Positions 19,813 through 29,708 of a stretch of 64,000 nt of DNA are shown here, piece by piece. Numbering within the stretch: the first letter of the stretch is position 1; each line of letters begins with the position of its first letter. Source of the stretch: an uncultured Acidobacteriota bacterium (GTDB taxonomy: Bacteria > Acidobacteriota > Thermoanaerobaculia > Multivoradales > JAHEKO01). The notes below the pieces were generated by a model. That model did no database searches and had not been told where the DNA came from. It saw nothing but the letters and a program-made list of their open reading frames with translations. The stretch spans positions 640,001-704,000 of the forward strand of contig CAVQNG010000003.1 in assembly GCA_963713825.1 (NCBI GenBank), in the 5' to 3' direction. A program made the translations under genes and the position numbers.

Positions 19813-20047
19813 GAGCCCCTCGTCGGTGGTATTGGGCCACGCACGAGGCTCTCCCCCGTCGTCCTGGGCCTCCGGCTGGAGACCTCGTACGCGGCCTTGC
19901 ACCTCTGTTAGCTCGAGTCCTCATTGCCTCAGGGCCCCAAGGCCTCACTGCCTTGGCCGCTGCCAGGGGTTCGGCGTGGGGACCTCCATGGGGGTTCTTG
20001 CAGCGGAAGGGAGGATAGCCCCCTGGGGGCCCCACGTCGAACCCCCT
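19813..20047. repeat. Cluster of long intergenic hairpins (REP/BIME-like or structured leader)
   Basis: Stems 19835-19854/19878-19896 and 19965-19994/20019-20047; alternative partner at 19813-19829. Confidence 0.5.
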
Positions 20048-20124
20048 CACCATCAGGTCCATTGCCCAGGTCCCAAGCCCCAGGACGCTTTCGCGGGCCA
20101 CCCGGACGAATCTCAGAACGGCGG

Positions 20125-21018
20125 CTAGCTGGTGGGCCCTGCGCCCGCGGACTCTGGGGCGGGCGGTTCTTCGATGGTGATGGTGTAGCCCTCACGGAGG
20201 CGCTCGAAGAAGAGCTCGTCGACCTCGCGGCGTCGGGTGGAGAGGAACTCGTCACGAACACTGGGGCTCACCTCCTCGAACGGCGGCAGGTAGGCCTCCT
20301 GGCGACCCTCGACCCGAACCACGTGGATCCCATAGCCCGACTGCACGGGCCCTTCCCAGTTGCCGGGCGCCAATTCGAAGATGGCTTCGGCGAACTGGTT
20401 CCCGAAGTTGCGAGCCACGCCTTGCTGCGTCAGGTCGGCATAGTGGCTCTGCAGCATGAACCGGTCGCCTTCCTGGGTTGGATCGGCCCCTCCCCGCAAG
20501 TCGGCCAGAACCTCGTCCGCGTCATCGAAGACATCCTCGCCCCGCTGATCCAGGTTCAGATAGACGTGAGTGAAGGTCAGGGTGGCCGGCACCTCGAAAT
20601 CTTCGGCGTTCTCCTCGAAAAAAGTGCGCAACTCGGCGGCGCCAGGCTCACCCTGGGTCGCCAGGTCCTGAGCCAGGAACTCGATCTTCTGCGCCAGGCG
20701 TCGTCGAACCACCATGTCGTCCCTGTCCAGACCCATGGCCAGGGCCTCGCGGTACAGAACCTCTTCTCGAATGAAGCTCTGGATCAAGCCCTCGAGTTCC
20801 TGCGGTGTCGGCGGCCGCCTCCACTGCTTCTCCCACATCGACGCCAAGAGCTCGACCTGCTGACTCGAGATGACAATCTCCTTGCTCTCGGTCTCCTGCT
20901 TTTCACCGAAGACTGTGTACAACCCGAACAGAATCAGGCCGAGGACCAGAAACTGGAAAAGGGGCTGACGAAGGATCGATCGCTGGTGCGGTGCTTCGTC
21001 TCCGCCCATGCTGGTCAC
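20125..21018 (-). CDS. PpiC-type (Rotamase_2) peptidyl-prolyl isomerase, membrane anchored
   Basis: RQPLFQFLVLG, REEVLYREALAMGLDRDDMVVRRRLAQK, FGNQFAEAIF, WEGPVQSGYGIH; GTGA overlap with the upstream gene. Confidence 0.85.
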   Translation of the reverse strand: MTSMGGDEAPHQRSILRQPLFQFLVLGLILFGLYTVFGEKQETESKEIVISSQQVELLASMWEKQWRRPPTPQELEGLIQSFIREEVLYREALAMGLDRDDMVVRRRLAQKIEFLAQDLATQGEPGAAELRTFFEENAEDFEVPATLTFTHVYLNLDQRGEDVFDDADEVLADLRGGADPTQEGDRFMLQSHYADLTQQGVARNFGNQFAEAIFELAPGNWEGPVQSGYGIHVVRVEGRQEAYLPPFEEVSPSVRDEFLSTRRREVDELFFERLREGYTITIEEPPAPESAGAGPTS

Positions 21019-23228
21019 CGTATGCGTTCCTCGTCGAAGAGCTCGATCGTATGGATCTTCCAAGTGTTGTCCACGGGCAGCAGCTTCACCCGAGCGTCGT
21101 ACCGGTTCTGGCGGAAGTGGCGGTGGCCAAAATGTGTGACTGTGCCACCTACAACCCAAACAGCATCTGCCACGAAACCTCCATTCTCAGCCGGAAGAAC
21201 CTCGCGCACCTCCGGGACCTCCACCGTTTCGACGCGGGCGCGTGCTCCGCCTCGTTCTTCCATCTCGAGAGACCGACGGTGCTCGAGGTAGATCTCGGAC
21301 AGGGTGTCGCCGGTAACGCTGACAGCCAGGCGATCATAGGCGTCGGATTCCTCGCGAAACTCGAAGGCCCGATACACATTGGGCAACACGCCGGCCAGGA
21401 TGCGCCGCGCTTCTCCCGTCGAGGGCGCCGCGCCCAGTGAGGAGGGGAGTGCGAAGGCTATCTCCACCATGGGTGCCACGACGAGGCCGATTGCCAGTGC
21501 CACTCTCGCGAGGGCGAATCGGGTCGCAGACTGCTTGCCCCTCATCGCGGTTACGAACAGAACCATCGAGACAATCCACAGGGGCACGGCCAGGAACGGT
21601 ATCGGGATCTCCAACGGTTCGATGGCTACGGCGTTGACAACCGGAATCGGATCTTCACTCAGGTTGTTCTGCCACTCGAGTGTCGGCGCTTCGGGGGTCA
21701 GGGTCTGGGTCTGGGAGAACTCCGGGTCACTGACCGTGGCCGGGATCTCGGACATGGCACCTTCGAACGACTCCCAGCGCAGGGTCACCTCATCGGGAGT
21801 GCGTGGTGTCAGGTAGACCAAGGTGACGCCGATGAACGCTTCGGCGATCACCTCGGGAACCGGCTCGGGGCGAGGCAGCACTCCCTGGGTTCCAACCGTG
21901 AGGAAGTCCACCCGGTCGACAATCGGCGCCGCACTGTTGCCATCGATCGTGACAGTTGCCAGAGGTACGACCACCGCCTGAAGCCGCTCCTTGACGTTGC
22001 CCTGCTCCTCGATCCCTAGCCTTCCCGTCGCAGCGATCTCGACCTCCTCGGCCACGTCCTTCAGTCGGACCAGAACTTCGTGCCTGACCTCGAACGCCTC
22101 GACGGCGAGAAAGCTCTGCACCGCAGCTTGGGAAGTCTGCTGGGCGACGCGCCGGGAACCCGGCATGGCAGTGCCGGAGCCCGTTCCCGTCGAGACGGGC
22201 AGTCGATTCGTGTCCAAGCCCGGTTCGGCCTCGACCGTCGGAGGACTCAGAACCAATACCAGAGCCGCGGCCACTGCCGTTCCACCCACTGCATAGCTCA
22301 GGGTTCGACCTAGCCGAACGGACCAGAAACGATCGGCCACGAGCAGCACGAGCCAAGCGGTGCCCAAGGCCAGAATAAGCAACGCGGCATCCATTCCGAC
22401 GACGGCGAGAACCCAGTACAACCACTCGATCCCTTCGAAGCTCGGAGGCGCTGGCAACATGGAGCCGAGCCCCAGACCATGGAGCAGACCGCCAACGAGG
22501 GCGATCCCCCTCAGCTGGCGCCTTTCCCCGGCCGACCGCAGGGATTCACTCGCCAGGAGGACCGCCGCTATTGCAACGCCTCCCTCTGCCAAGACGACAG
22601 GCAGAGACCAGCCCAGGAATGCTGAGAGGACCACCACCACGATCTGGCCCGCGGCAAAGGCCGTGGCGAGACGGACCGAGGTACGAACCCCTCCTACGAG
22701 GGCGACGGCCAACCAGAAGGCGATATGCACCCAGGCGTCGAAGAAATGGCGCACCCCCTGCATCACCGCACGACGAATGTTGGGCCAGAGATTGGCGGTC
22801 AAACCCGCATCGATCTCTGGAACGTCCCACCACATCTCGCCCTCGGCGAGAAGGTGCACCAGCTGCTCTCCCGAAAGGAAATCGACCCGCATGACGGTCG
22901 TCTGACCGGCGTTGACCAGCCGATACTGGATACCGATCCTGTGCCCGGCCAAACCGTCAGGGCAACGGTAGACCTGCCTGTTCAACCAAGCGGCGGGCTG
23001 TTCCTGCAACACCCGCTCGCCCCTGGTGCGACAGGACTCGGGCAGTAACGGCTCGGGCATCGCCTGAACCGGGTAGAGCTTGGGAACCTGCCACTGCACC
23101 AGAAAGGTGTTCGGCTCCTGCTCTTTCGCCTGCAGGTTGACAGGCTGCACGATGTCCGCCGCGGCGTGTCCAGCCACGAACAGCAACAGCGCCAGGGCAC
23201 AGAGGGATGCTCGATCCAGCCATCGCAT
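21015..23228 (-). CDS. HupE/UreJ-like membrane protein fused to an uncharacterised periplasmic C-terminal module
   Basis: Signal peptide; GVRHFF..WVHIAF, ATAFAAG, GGLLHGLGLG; C-terminal NVYRAFEFREE...GTVTHFGHRHFRQNRY. Confidence 0.75.
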   Translation of the reverse strand: MRWLDRASLCALALLLFVAGHAAADIVQPVNLQAKEQEPNTFLVQWQVPKLYPVQAMPEPLLPESCRTRGERVLQEQPAAWLNRQVYRCPDGLAGHRIGIQYRLVNAGQTTVMRVDFLSGEQLVHLLAEGEMWWDVPEIDAGLTANLWPNIRRAVMQGVRHFFDAWVHIAFWLAVALVGGVRTSVRLATAFAAGQIVVVVLSAFLGWSLPVVLAEGGVAIAAVLLASESLRSAGERRQLRGIALVGGLLHGLGLGSMLPAPPSFEGIEWLYWVLAVVGMDAALLILALGTAWLVLLVADRFWSVRLGRTLSYAVGGTAVAAALVLVLSPPTVEAEPGLDTNRLPVSTGTGSGTAMPGSRRVAQQTSQAAVQSFLAVEAFEVRHEVLVRLKDVAEEVEIAATGRLGIEEQGNVKERLQAVVVPLATVTIDGNSAAPIVDRVDFLTVGTQGVLPRPEPVPEVIAEAFIGVTLVYLTPRTPDEVTLRWESFEGAMSEIPATVSDPEFSQTQTLTPEAPTLEWQNNLSEDPIPVVNAVAIEPLEIPIPFLAVPLWIVSMVLFVTAMRGKQSATRFALARVALAIGLVVAPMVEIAFALPSSLGAAPSTGEARRILAGVLPNVYRAFEFREESDAYDRLAVSVTGDTLSEIYLEHRRSLEMEERGGARARVETVEVPEVREVLPAENGGFVADAVWVVGGTVTHFGHRHFRQNRYDARVKLLPVDNTWKIHTIELFDEERIR

Positions 23229-23253
23229 AAGCAGTGGAATTTTACCTCAGCGA

Positions 23254-25191
23254 CTACTGGCCAGCACCTTCACTCGCTGCCGCCTGCGGTGCACTCGGCG
23301 GTCCCGCCCACGGCACCGTCTGCTCCTCGTACCACTGCAGGGGCTTGCGCAGGCGGAAGTCGTTCTTCTCCCCACGCATGTCCAGAGCAAACGGAATGCC
23401 GTGAAATTTCGTGTAGAGGATCCCTTTGGCTTTCTTGTCTTGGATCTGGAGGTTCGCCTTCAGCTTGAGACCCTCGCTGTCGATATCGAAATTCTCGATC
23501 TCCAGTCTATTGGCGGCCACCTCGAGATCCGCTTCGGCCTCCAGGTCCTCGAAGTTGAGAATGCCCTTGAGTCGATCGAAGATCTTCTTTTCCTGCCCGA
23601 GGATCGCGATCAGCGGCCTGGTGTCCTTCATCCTGATCTCGGCGCTACAGAAGATCTCTCCGGGATCCTTCAAATGCAGCCAACCTTCGGTCATGTCGAG
23701 ATGGAAATACCAGTTCGTGTCGGACTTCTTTCCGTCCTCGAAGGAGACCATGTCGATCTTCAAACCGCTGTCGGTGAAATCGAACCTCTGGTCGCGCACA
23801 TCATCGGTGGCGACATTCAGGTCCAGGGACAGGTCACCCTTCATGGCCACCTCTCCGTAAGAGGCGTCGATCCCCTTCCCATGGACGTCGATCGTGGCCT
23901 CCCCCCCATTTTCGCGAGTGAGGGTCGCGTGGGTTTCAACCAGGACTTCGCCAGAATCGAGAGTGAAATCGTCGACGGCCGGAATCGGAAAGCGGGTGAT
24001 GTCCGCGACGTGCGCATTGGTCAGATCGAGAGAGATCGCCTCGAGGGACGAGGCGAGCCCTTCAACGCCGCCAGAGATGTCGAGCTCCCCCGCGTCCGCA
24101 TGCAGCTCTAGCTCGGCCCCTGCGAGCAGGGGCTCAGGGACCTCCCGGTCGGCGACCGCCACATCGCTCAGGGTCACAGCCACTCTCGTCGCAACCCCCT
24201 CCTCCGCCTGCTCGACTTTCGATTGAACCAAGAGTTGGCCAGTCGCTCGCCAGTCCATCATGTCCACCCAGCCCCCTTCGGCGCTGAATGTCATCTCCGT
24301 CCCGGGCGCCAGGATGCCCTGCTCGATCTGGATCGAGCTGTCGATCTGACCCCCCGAGCTATCGACCTCGACGGCTTCGATATTGGCGAGAAGACTATTG
24401 ATCAGGGCCGCGCCCCTGGAGGTTCCCGACAGATTCACTGTACCCGTGAGCGATTTCAAGATGTCGAGGCCCTTGGCATCCTTGGGGAGAAACGGTTCCA
24501 TTCGGGCATCGATGCCGAGCTGCAACTCCTGGATCACCGGGTTTCCCATGGTGAGGAACTCCGCCTCGGTGAGATCCATGCGGACACGCTTCATCGACAG
24601 GGCACCACCACCCAACTCGATGCTCATGTCTGCATCGATGCTTCCTTGCGCAGTGAGCCGCATCGCGAGGATCCAGAGTTGCTCGAACTCGTCGATGTGG
24701 ACGTCGTGAAGGACGATCTTCCATGGGCTCTTCTCTTTCTTCTTTTGCTGCTTCGGAGGAAAGGGCGGCTCATCCACAGCGAGTCCCGGAATCTCTGGAG
24801 CGAACTCGGCTGTCTTCAACGGTGGATCCTCGGGGAGTTGCCGCTTGCGGAGGCGAAAGTCGAGACCCGAGCCGTCGAAGCTGTAAGTCTTGAAAGTTTT
24901 TGTGGCAAGAGCCAGCAGGCTCATGTGGACACGACCGCCTGTCAGCTCCACATACCACTGCTGTTTCCGACTCTGGCCGCGAACGGACAGGCCCTCCAGA
25001 TGGATGATGCCCGGGATCAGCGTACGGGCCTCGTCCCACTGGACCTGCATCTTCTCGGGCTTGTTGTTGATCTTGGCCGTAACCCACTCCGAGCCCAGTG
25101 CCCAGTTGGCGCCAAAGAACCAGATCAGCTCGATGCCAACCACCACGACGATCACAGAGATCCAGAACTTCCGAGATCTCAGAATTCCCAT
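23254..25191 (-). CDS. Large membrane-anchored beta-rich protein (AsmA/DUF748-like)
   Basis: N-terminal TM anchor followed by repeated amphipathic beta strands. Confidence 0.6.
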   Translation of the reverse strand: MGILRSRKFWISVIVVVVGIELIWFFGANWALGSEWVTAKINNKPEKMQVQWDEARTLIPGIIHLEGLSVRGQSRKQQWYVELTGGRVHMSLLALATKTFKTYSFDGSGLDFRLRKRQLPEDPPLKTAEFAPEIPGLAVDEPPFPPKQQKKKEKSPWKIVLHDVHIDEFEQLWILAMRLTAQGSIDADMSIELGGGALSMKRVRMDLTEAEFLTMGNPVIQELQLGIDARMEPFLPKDAKGLDILKSLTGTVNLSGTSRGAALINSLLANIEAVEVDSSGGQIDSSIQIEQGILAPGTEMTFSAEGGWVDMMDWRATGQLLVQSKVEQAEEGVATRVAVTLSDVAVADREVPEPLLAGAELELHADAGELDISGGVEGLASSLEAISLDLTNAHVADITRFPIPAVDDFTLDSGEVLVETHATLTRENGGEATIDVHGKGIDASYGEVAMKGDLSLDLNVATDDVRDQRFDFTDSGLKIDMVSFEDGKKSDTNWYFHLDMTEGWLHLKDPGEIFCSAEIRMKDTRPLIAILGQEKKIFDRLKGILNFEDLEAEADLEVAANRLEIENFDIDSEGLKLKANLQIQDKKAKGILYTKFHGIPFALDMRGEKNDFRLRKPLQWYEEQTVPWAGPPSAPQAAASEGAGQ

Positions 25192-25369
25192 AACGTTCCC
25201 CTCCTTCGTGTCCAGTCCTGCTTCTCCCCGATGATATCCGGGTGTTCCCGAGCCTATTCGGCGACGGGATTGAGTGGCGGTAGAGGATCCTGTCGACCAA
25301 ACCTCTTTGCATCACCCTCGAGGAATGTTCGCCTGCCGCGCCGTACGGCTTTGTAGAACTCCGACCCCG

Positions 25370-25529
25370 ACCAAGCCGACATGGCTGCCGAATTTTCGAT
25401 GGTCATCGTCACGCGGCGCTCGAAAGAGTCACCCACTCGCAGCCCGTCTGTAAACCGGCTGTACTGTTCGCTCATCGTCAGGCGCGGCGTCGATAGCACC
25501 AAACCGTGGCCCTCGGCTCCGCTCGGCAA
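25370..25529 (-). pseudogene. Possible internal fragment of a BatD-like protein
   Basis: LTMSEQYS...GLRVGDSFERRVTMTIENSAAM resembles the BatD LKVGD..TR.IT segment; no proper start or end. Confidence 0.3.
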
Positions 25530-25559
25530 GCGAGCCTCGAGAGCGACGGGCTTCCTGCG

Positions 25560-26213
25560 TTAGAGCTCTGTTCGACGCCAGGCGCTGGCCAGGCTGTCGG
25601 CATACTCGTTCCAGCGGTAGCCGTTGTGCGCTGCGATCCACTCGAGCCTGCACCCCGGGTGACGGCGGTAGAGGGCCAGCAGCTCCTTGACCAGATCGAG
25701 GTTCTTGAGCGGGCTTCCCTTGCGCTTCCAACCCTTGCGCTCCCACCCCGGCGCCCACTTGGTGATCGTGTCCAGACAGAGCTTGCTGTCGGTGTATACG
25801 GTGATCTCGGCCTTCTCGGGCAGAGCCTTGAAGGCCGCGATCAGCGCGGTCAGCTCCATCCGGTTGTTCGTTGTCTCCGGATCGTGTCCATGAGCCTGGT
25901 CGCGAATCTCGCCATCCTCGACCCAGACCATGCCCCAGCCGCCCGGACCAGGATTGGGGTGCGAGCCGCCATCGGTGAAGACGCCGGTCTCCGGACCCTC
26001 GGCGTAGCGCTCCAAGACCTCCTCGAGGGTCAGGTTCTCTTCGCGAGTCGCCGACCTCGGGCGAGTCCGCGACGTGGCGGACTTGGCAGTCTTCTTCTTC
26101 CGGTTCGGTGAGTGCTCGCGGCAGTACTTCGGTGTCCACCCCGGGTACTTGTCCAGAGCTGCCTGAGGAACATCGATGGACTGGCCACAGACGGTGCACT
26201 TGAATTTGGGCAT
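25560..26213 (-). CDS. rnhA: Ribonuclease HI with an N-terminal Zn-ribbon extension
   Basis: FTDGGSHPNPGPGGWG, TTNNRMEL, YTDSK, KNLDL, WIAAH...NEYADSLA; N-terminal CTVC...CREH. Confidence 0.92.
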   Translation of the reverse strand: MPKFKCTVCGQSIDVPQAALDKYPGWTPKYCREHSPNRKKKTAKSATSRTRPRSATREENLTLEEVLERYAEGPETGVFTDGGSHPNPGPGGWGMVWVEDGEIRDQAHGHDPETTNNRMELTALIAAFKALPEKAEITVYTDSKLCLDTITKWAPGWERKGWKRKGSPLKNLDLVKELLALYRRHPGCRLEWIAAHNGYRWNEYADSLASAWRRTEL

Positions 26214-26284
26214 GGGCTCAGGTAGAGAACCGGGCCGCATCCGGTGAGTACGGATGCGACCCGGCGTTGTCGTTCAGCGCGGCG

Positions 26285-27838
26285 TTACTTGTCGCCCGCG
26301 CCACGGGTAATAGATTCCATGACCCGATCGAGGTTGAAGCTGCCGGGCTTCTGCCGCGGCGGAAACTCGCGGAAGCTCTGCAGCCACTGGCCAACATAGG
26401 CGGCGGAAGGCGCAATCACGAACATGTGATCTACCCACCACTTGTCGTAGCCGATCGCTTCATGCTCGGCGCGCTCGAACGGATCCATGCGCAGGTTCGC
26501 CACCATCGGCGCGCGCAGGGCGGTAAACGGATTGCGCCAGACGTCGATTCCCTCGGCCTCCTGCTTCAGAAATGTGATCTTCCAGTTGTTGTAGCGCAGC
26601 GCCGCAACGTTGCCGTCATCGGTCCAGTACAGGAACTCCTTGCGCGGCCAATCACCCTCTCCCTTGAGCGCGGGCAGTAGGTCATAGCCGTCGAGATGCA
26701 CCTTGTAGGTCATGTCGCCGACCCCCTTGCCCTTCAGCAAGTCTTCTTTCACGGATGTGTCGCCCGCCGCCGCGAGCAGCGTGGGCAGCATGTCCTCATG
26801 CGCGCCGATCTCGTTGATGACGGTGCCGGGCTCGATGACGCCGGGCCAGCGAATCGCGGTCGGCACACGGAAACCACCTTCCCACTGCGTGGCCTTCTCG
26901 TTGCGGAACATCGTCGTGCCACCGTCGGGCCAGGAGAAGAACTCCGCGCCGTTGTCCGTGGAGTACATGACGATCGTGTTGTCCGCCACGCCCAGTTCAT
27001 CCAGCTTGGCGAGCAGCTGACCGACCATGCCATCGTGCTCGACCATGCCGTCGGCGTAAACACCTAGACCGGTCTTGCCGTCGGACTCGGGCTTCAAGTG
27101 CGTCCAGATGTGCATGCGGGTGCTGTTCCACCAGACGAAAAACGGCTTGTCAGCCTGGACCGCCCGGTCCATGAAGCCCAGCGCGGCCGTTGTAACTTCC
27201 TCGTCCACCGTTTCCATGCGCTTCTTCGTCAGCGGGCCGGTATCTTCGATCTTGCCGTCCGCATAGGAGTGGATCACTCCGCGTGGACCGAACTTCTCGC
27301 TGAAGCTCTTGCCGTCCGGGAACATGAAGTCGCTTGGATAGTCCGGGTTCTCCGGCTCCTCTTCGGCGTTCAGGTGGTAGAGATTGCCGAAGAACTCATC
27401 GAAGCCGTGGTTCGTCGGCAGCATTTCGTCGCGGTCGCCGAGGTGGTTCTTGCCGAACTGACCGGTCATGTAGCCGTGCTCCTTGAGCAGCCCGGCGATG
27501 GTTGGGTCTTCCTTTCTCATCCCTTCCGGGGCGCCGGGGAGTCCGACCTTGGTCAGGCCAGTGCGCATCGGTGACTGGCCGGTGATGAAAGCTGCGCGGC
27601 CGGCCGTGCAGCTCTGCTGGCCATACCAGTCGGTGAACACGGCACCTTCCTGGGCGATGCGATCGATATTGGGCGTCTTGTAGCCCATCATCCCCATGTT
27701 GTAAGCGGAAACGTTGAACTGACCTATGTCGTCACCCCAGATAACGAGGATGTTCGGCTTGTCCTGGGCTATTGCCGCAGTGGCCGCGACAAGACCCGCC
27801 ACGAGGACCACAGCCATTATGAAGTTATTGCGTTTCAT
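26285..27838 (-). CDS. Secreted arylsulfatase (Cys-type, formylglycine dependent)
   Basis: Signal peptide; KPNILVIWGDD, SCTAGRAAFITG, GKNHLG, STDNG; AAGGAG RBS. Confidence 0.93.
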   Translation of the reverse strand: MKRNNFIMAVVLVAGLVAATAAIAQDKPNILVIWGDDIGQFNVSAYNMGMMGYKTPNIDRIAQEGAVFTDWYGQQSCTAGRAAFITGQSPMRTGLTKVGLPGAPEGMRKEDPTIAGLLKEHGYMTGQFGKNHLGDRDEMLPTNHGFDEFFGNLYHLNAEEEPENPDYPSDFMFPDGKSFSEKFGPRGVIHSYADGKIEDTGPLTKKRMETVDEEVTTAALGFMDRAVQADKPFFVWWNSTRMHIWTHLKPESDGKTGLGVYADGMVEHDGMVGQLLAKLDELGVADNTIVMYSTDNGAEFFSWPDGGTTMFRNEKATQWEGGFRVPTAIRWPGVIEPGTVINEIGAHEDMLPTLLAAAGDTSVKEDLLKGKGVGDMTYKVHLDGYDLLPALKGEGDWPRKEFLYWTDDGNVAALRYNNWKITFLKQEAEGIDVWRNPFTALRAPMVANLRMDPFERAEHEAIGYDKWWVDHMFVIAPSAAYVGQWLQSFREFPPRQKPGSFNLDRVMESITRGAGDK

Positions 27839-27934
27839 TCAGATGTCTCCTTTCAAATCAACTGACTTCCTTGACTTCTTCTGAGATCGAGCCTGCTGCA
27901 TCTGCGTGATGCAGAAACTCGGAGCATACTGTTG

Positions 27935-28281
27935 TCAACGCTGGCAGGAGATGCCTTCGTCGCTGCGGGTCTCTCGGATTTCGAGAATCGCCTGGTCCGC
28001 CGCGACGCTCGCCTGCTGAACGGTGTCGACATCGTCGTCGAGGTCGACTAGTTCAGCGAACAGGCTCTCCGCTGCGGCCTGGTCTTTGGTGTCGACGGCT
28101 ACGAGAGCCTCGAGCCAGTAGCCAGCGAGAGCGAAGTCCGGGTTCTCCGACGTGGCCCCAGCCTTGGCGAGCAGCTCCGCACGATCGTGCTGGCAGTCCA
28201 CCAGGGCATCGAGTGCATTGGTGTTGTCCTGGCCGATGGCCGCGATCCACTCTTCCTCGGTCTGCGGCAGATCGTAGGGCT
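27935..28281 (-). pseudogene. 5'-truncated copy of the 3' half of the glycine-zipper gene at 35658-36290
   Basis: Translates YDLPQTEEEWIAAIGQDN...ISCQR with a TAG immediately upstream; DNA paralogous to 35658-36005. Confidence 0.7.
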
Positions 28282-28302
28282 ATAGCGGCCAGGCGTTTCA
28301 TG

Positions 28303-28358
28303 AAAAGAGGCGACAGGCACCGATTTCCCGGCAGGAATCTGGTGCCTGTCACCTCTTT
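28303..28358. repeat. REP-like palindrome, possibly acting as terminator of the DUF4136 gene
   Basis: aaagaggcgacaggcacc...ggtgcctgtcacctcttt; lone arm ggtgacaggcac at about 52008-52019. Confidence 0.65.
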
Positions 28359-28365
28359 CGCCACA

Positions 28366-28947
28366 TCACTTTCCCTTGCGATACATCGAGTCGAACTTCT
28401 TGCCGATCTTCTCGACGGCCTTCTCGATCTGCTTGGCCTCTTTCTCGGGCTTGTCCTTGACCACTGCCTCGGCCGTGCCGCGGAAGATCGCCTTGTTTGT
28501 CTTGGCGTCCCAGATGTCGATGATCAGGGTGCCGCGCTCGTAGGTGTGGGAGGTCGTTGTCGAGGGGCCCATCCCCATACCGATGCCACCGTAGCCATCC
28601 CAGTAGGGATCCCACCCCCAGTCATCACCGTAGCCGTAGCCCATGTGGCTGGTGTTGAACTGAACCTCTTCCTTCGAGCTGGTGTGATAGGTGACCCAGA
28701 GGTCAGGGCTTTGGACGTCCTCCGCGAGGCCACCACTCTTGAGCTGGGCCTCGATGGTGTTCTCGACCCGCTCGTGCATCAACGGTGACTCCTCGGTCAG
28801 AGAGGCTTCGGTGGGCGCCTTCCAGGCGAAGGTTTTGTACTGACTGAAGTCCACCGACTTGTCGTAGTCCACGTAGACCTGCTGGGCCAAGGCGGGCAAG
28901 GCCAGAAGAGTTGCGACAACAAGCACTCCCAAGATTCGCTGTTTCAC
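28366..28947 (-). CDS. DUF4136 domain secreted protein
   Basis: VDYDKSVDFSQYKTFAW and YERGTLIIDIWDAKTNKAIFRG; AAGGAG RBS. Confidence 0.9.
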   Translation of the reverse strand: MKQRILGVLVVATLLALPALAQQVYVDYDKSVDFSQYKTFAWKAPTEASLTEESPLMHERVENTIEAQLKSGGLAEDVQSPDLWVTYHTSSKEEVQFNTSHMGYGYGDDWGWDPYWDGYGGIGMGMGPSTTTSHTYERGTLIIDIWDAKTNKAIFRGTAEAVVKDKPEKEAKQIEKAVEKIGKKFDSMYRKGK

Positions 28948-29168
28948 TTCTTTCTCCTTTTGAAAAACTTTGATCCATCGTCACCCCAGGGACCCAACTG
29001 TCCGATCGCCAATGCGATCCGTTGGGCTCGGGCCTGAGTGAAGAAGTCCATTAGCGGATCGTGTCCGATTTCAAGATCCAACACCTTGATCAGATCGAAG
29101 CGATTCCCATCGCGTTTCCTCCTATGGACCCTGCACGGCAATAGCAGCCTTCGTTCCTGATTCCTGAC

Positions 29169-29320
29169 CCGAGATTTCCCATTTGGCTCTCAGACGAGCC
29201 TCTCCGACGCGGGATGGGAAGCGAGAATACCACGTTCCCTGCGGCGTCTTCGGCGAGACTGCCTCCGGCGGGCGGAGCCGGGAGATGCGGCGGAGGATTG
29301 CCCGGAAGAGCCGCTGAATC
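29169..29320 (-). mobile_element. IS1380-family 3' remnant (transposase tail plus right IR)
   Basis: Minus-strand RLFRAILRRISRLRPP tail followed by gagccaaatgggaaatctcgg; same end inverted at 31241-31261. Confidence 0.6.
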
Positions 29321-29442
29321 CCCGTCGTCTGTCCTCGGTGGGCTGCTGAACTACCCCTTCCGGGAGGCTGTGTCAGGCGCGGGCCGATTATCAGCACCCC
29401 ACCCCGACGGAAGTAGTTGCACCCTGCTGTCGTCCACGGCCA

Positions 29443-29477
29443 TCAGTTGTAGTTCAGTGTTACCAAAACTGTTACCT
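29443..29477 (+). repeat. 35-bp direct repeat, copy 1 (contains tandem TGTTACC-N5-TGTTACC; integrase arm-type site or iteron)
   Basis: tcagttgtagttcagtgttaccaaaactgttacct; 32/35 identical to 29709-29743. Confidence 0.8.
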
Positions 29478-29548
29478 GGCGCCACGAACGATGCCTAGCT
29501 CAAGCTCGCCAGGAACGCTTAATGCCTTTTGTTTTGTTGAAGTTAAGC

Positions 29549-29606
29549 TGGTGCCGGAGGCGGGATTCGAACCCACAACTCCTTGCGGAGGGGGGATTTT
29601 AGGTCC
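29549..29606 (-). tRNA. 3' half of tRNA-Leu(TAA) (att-site remnant, not a full tRNA)
   Basis: Minus strand gga-cctaaaa-tcccc, long variable arm ctcc-gcaa-ggag, T-arm gtggg-ttcgaat-cccgc, ctccggc-A-CCA; no D-arm or 5' acceptor strand upstream. Confidence 0.85.
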
Positions 29607-29708
29607 TTTGAAAACTCACAATCCACAACAGATGACAGCACGCAACCACAACAAAACAGGCGACTTACGCCGGCAGGCGTAAATGCAGTCTGCTGTCATT
29701 TGTGGCCT

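Noticed and set aside
19924-25356. Long plus-strand ORFs (19924-21291, 23080-24111, 24223-25356) and similar shadow ORFs elsewhere
   Set aside because: Antisense shadows of real genes, expected in high-GC DNA, with no recognisable motifs.
29340-29375. IS5/IS1182-like terminal scars (gggctgctgaa, gaggctgtgtca)
   Set aside because: Too short to assign without a database, and no transposase remnant attached.
29549-29640. Functional full-length tRNA-Leu
   Set aside because: No D-arm or 5' acceptor strand, and the 5' side of the anticodon stem-loop is altered; it is only a 3' fragment.
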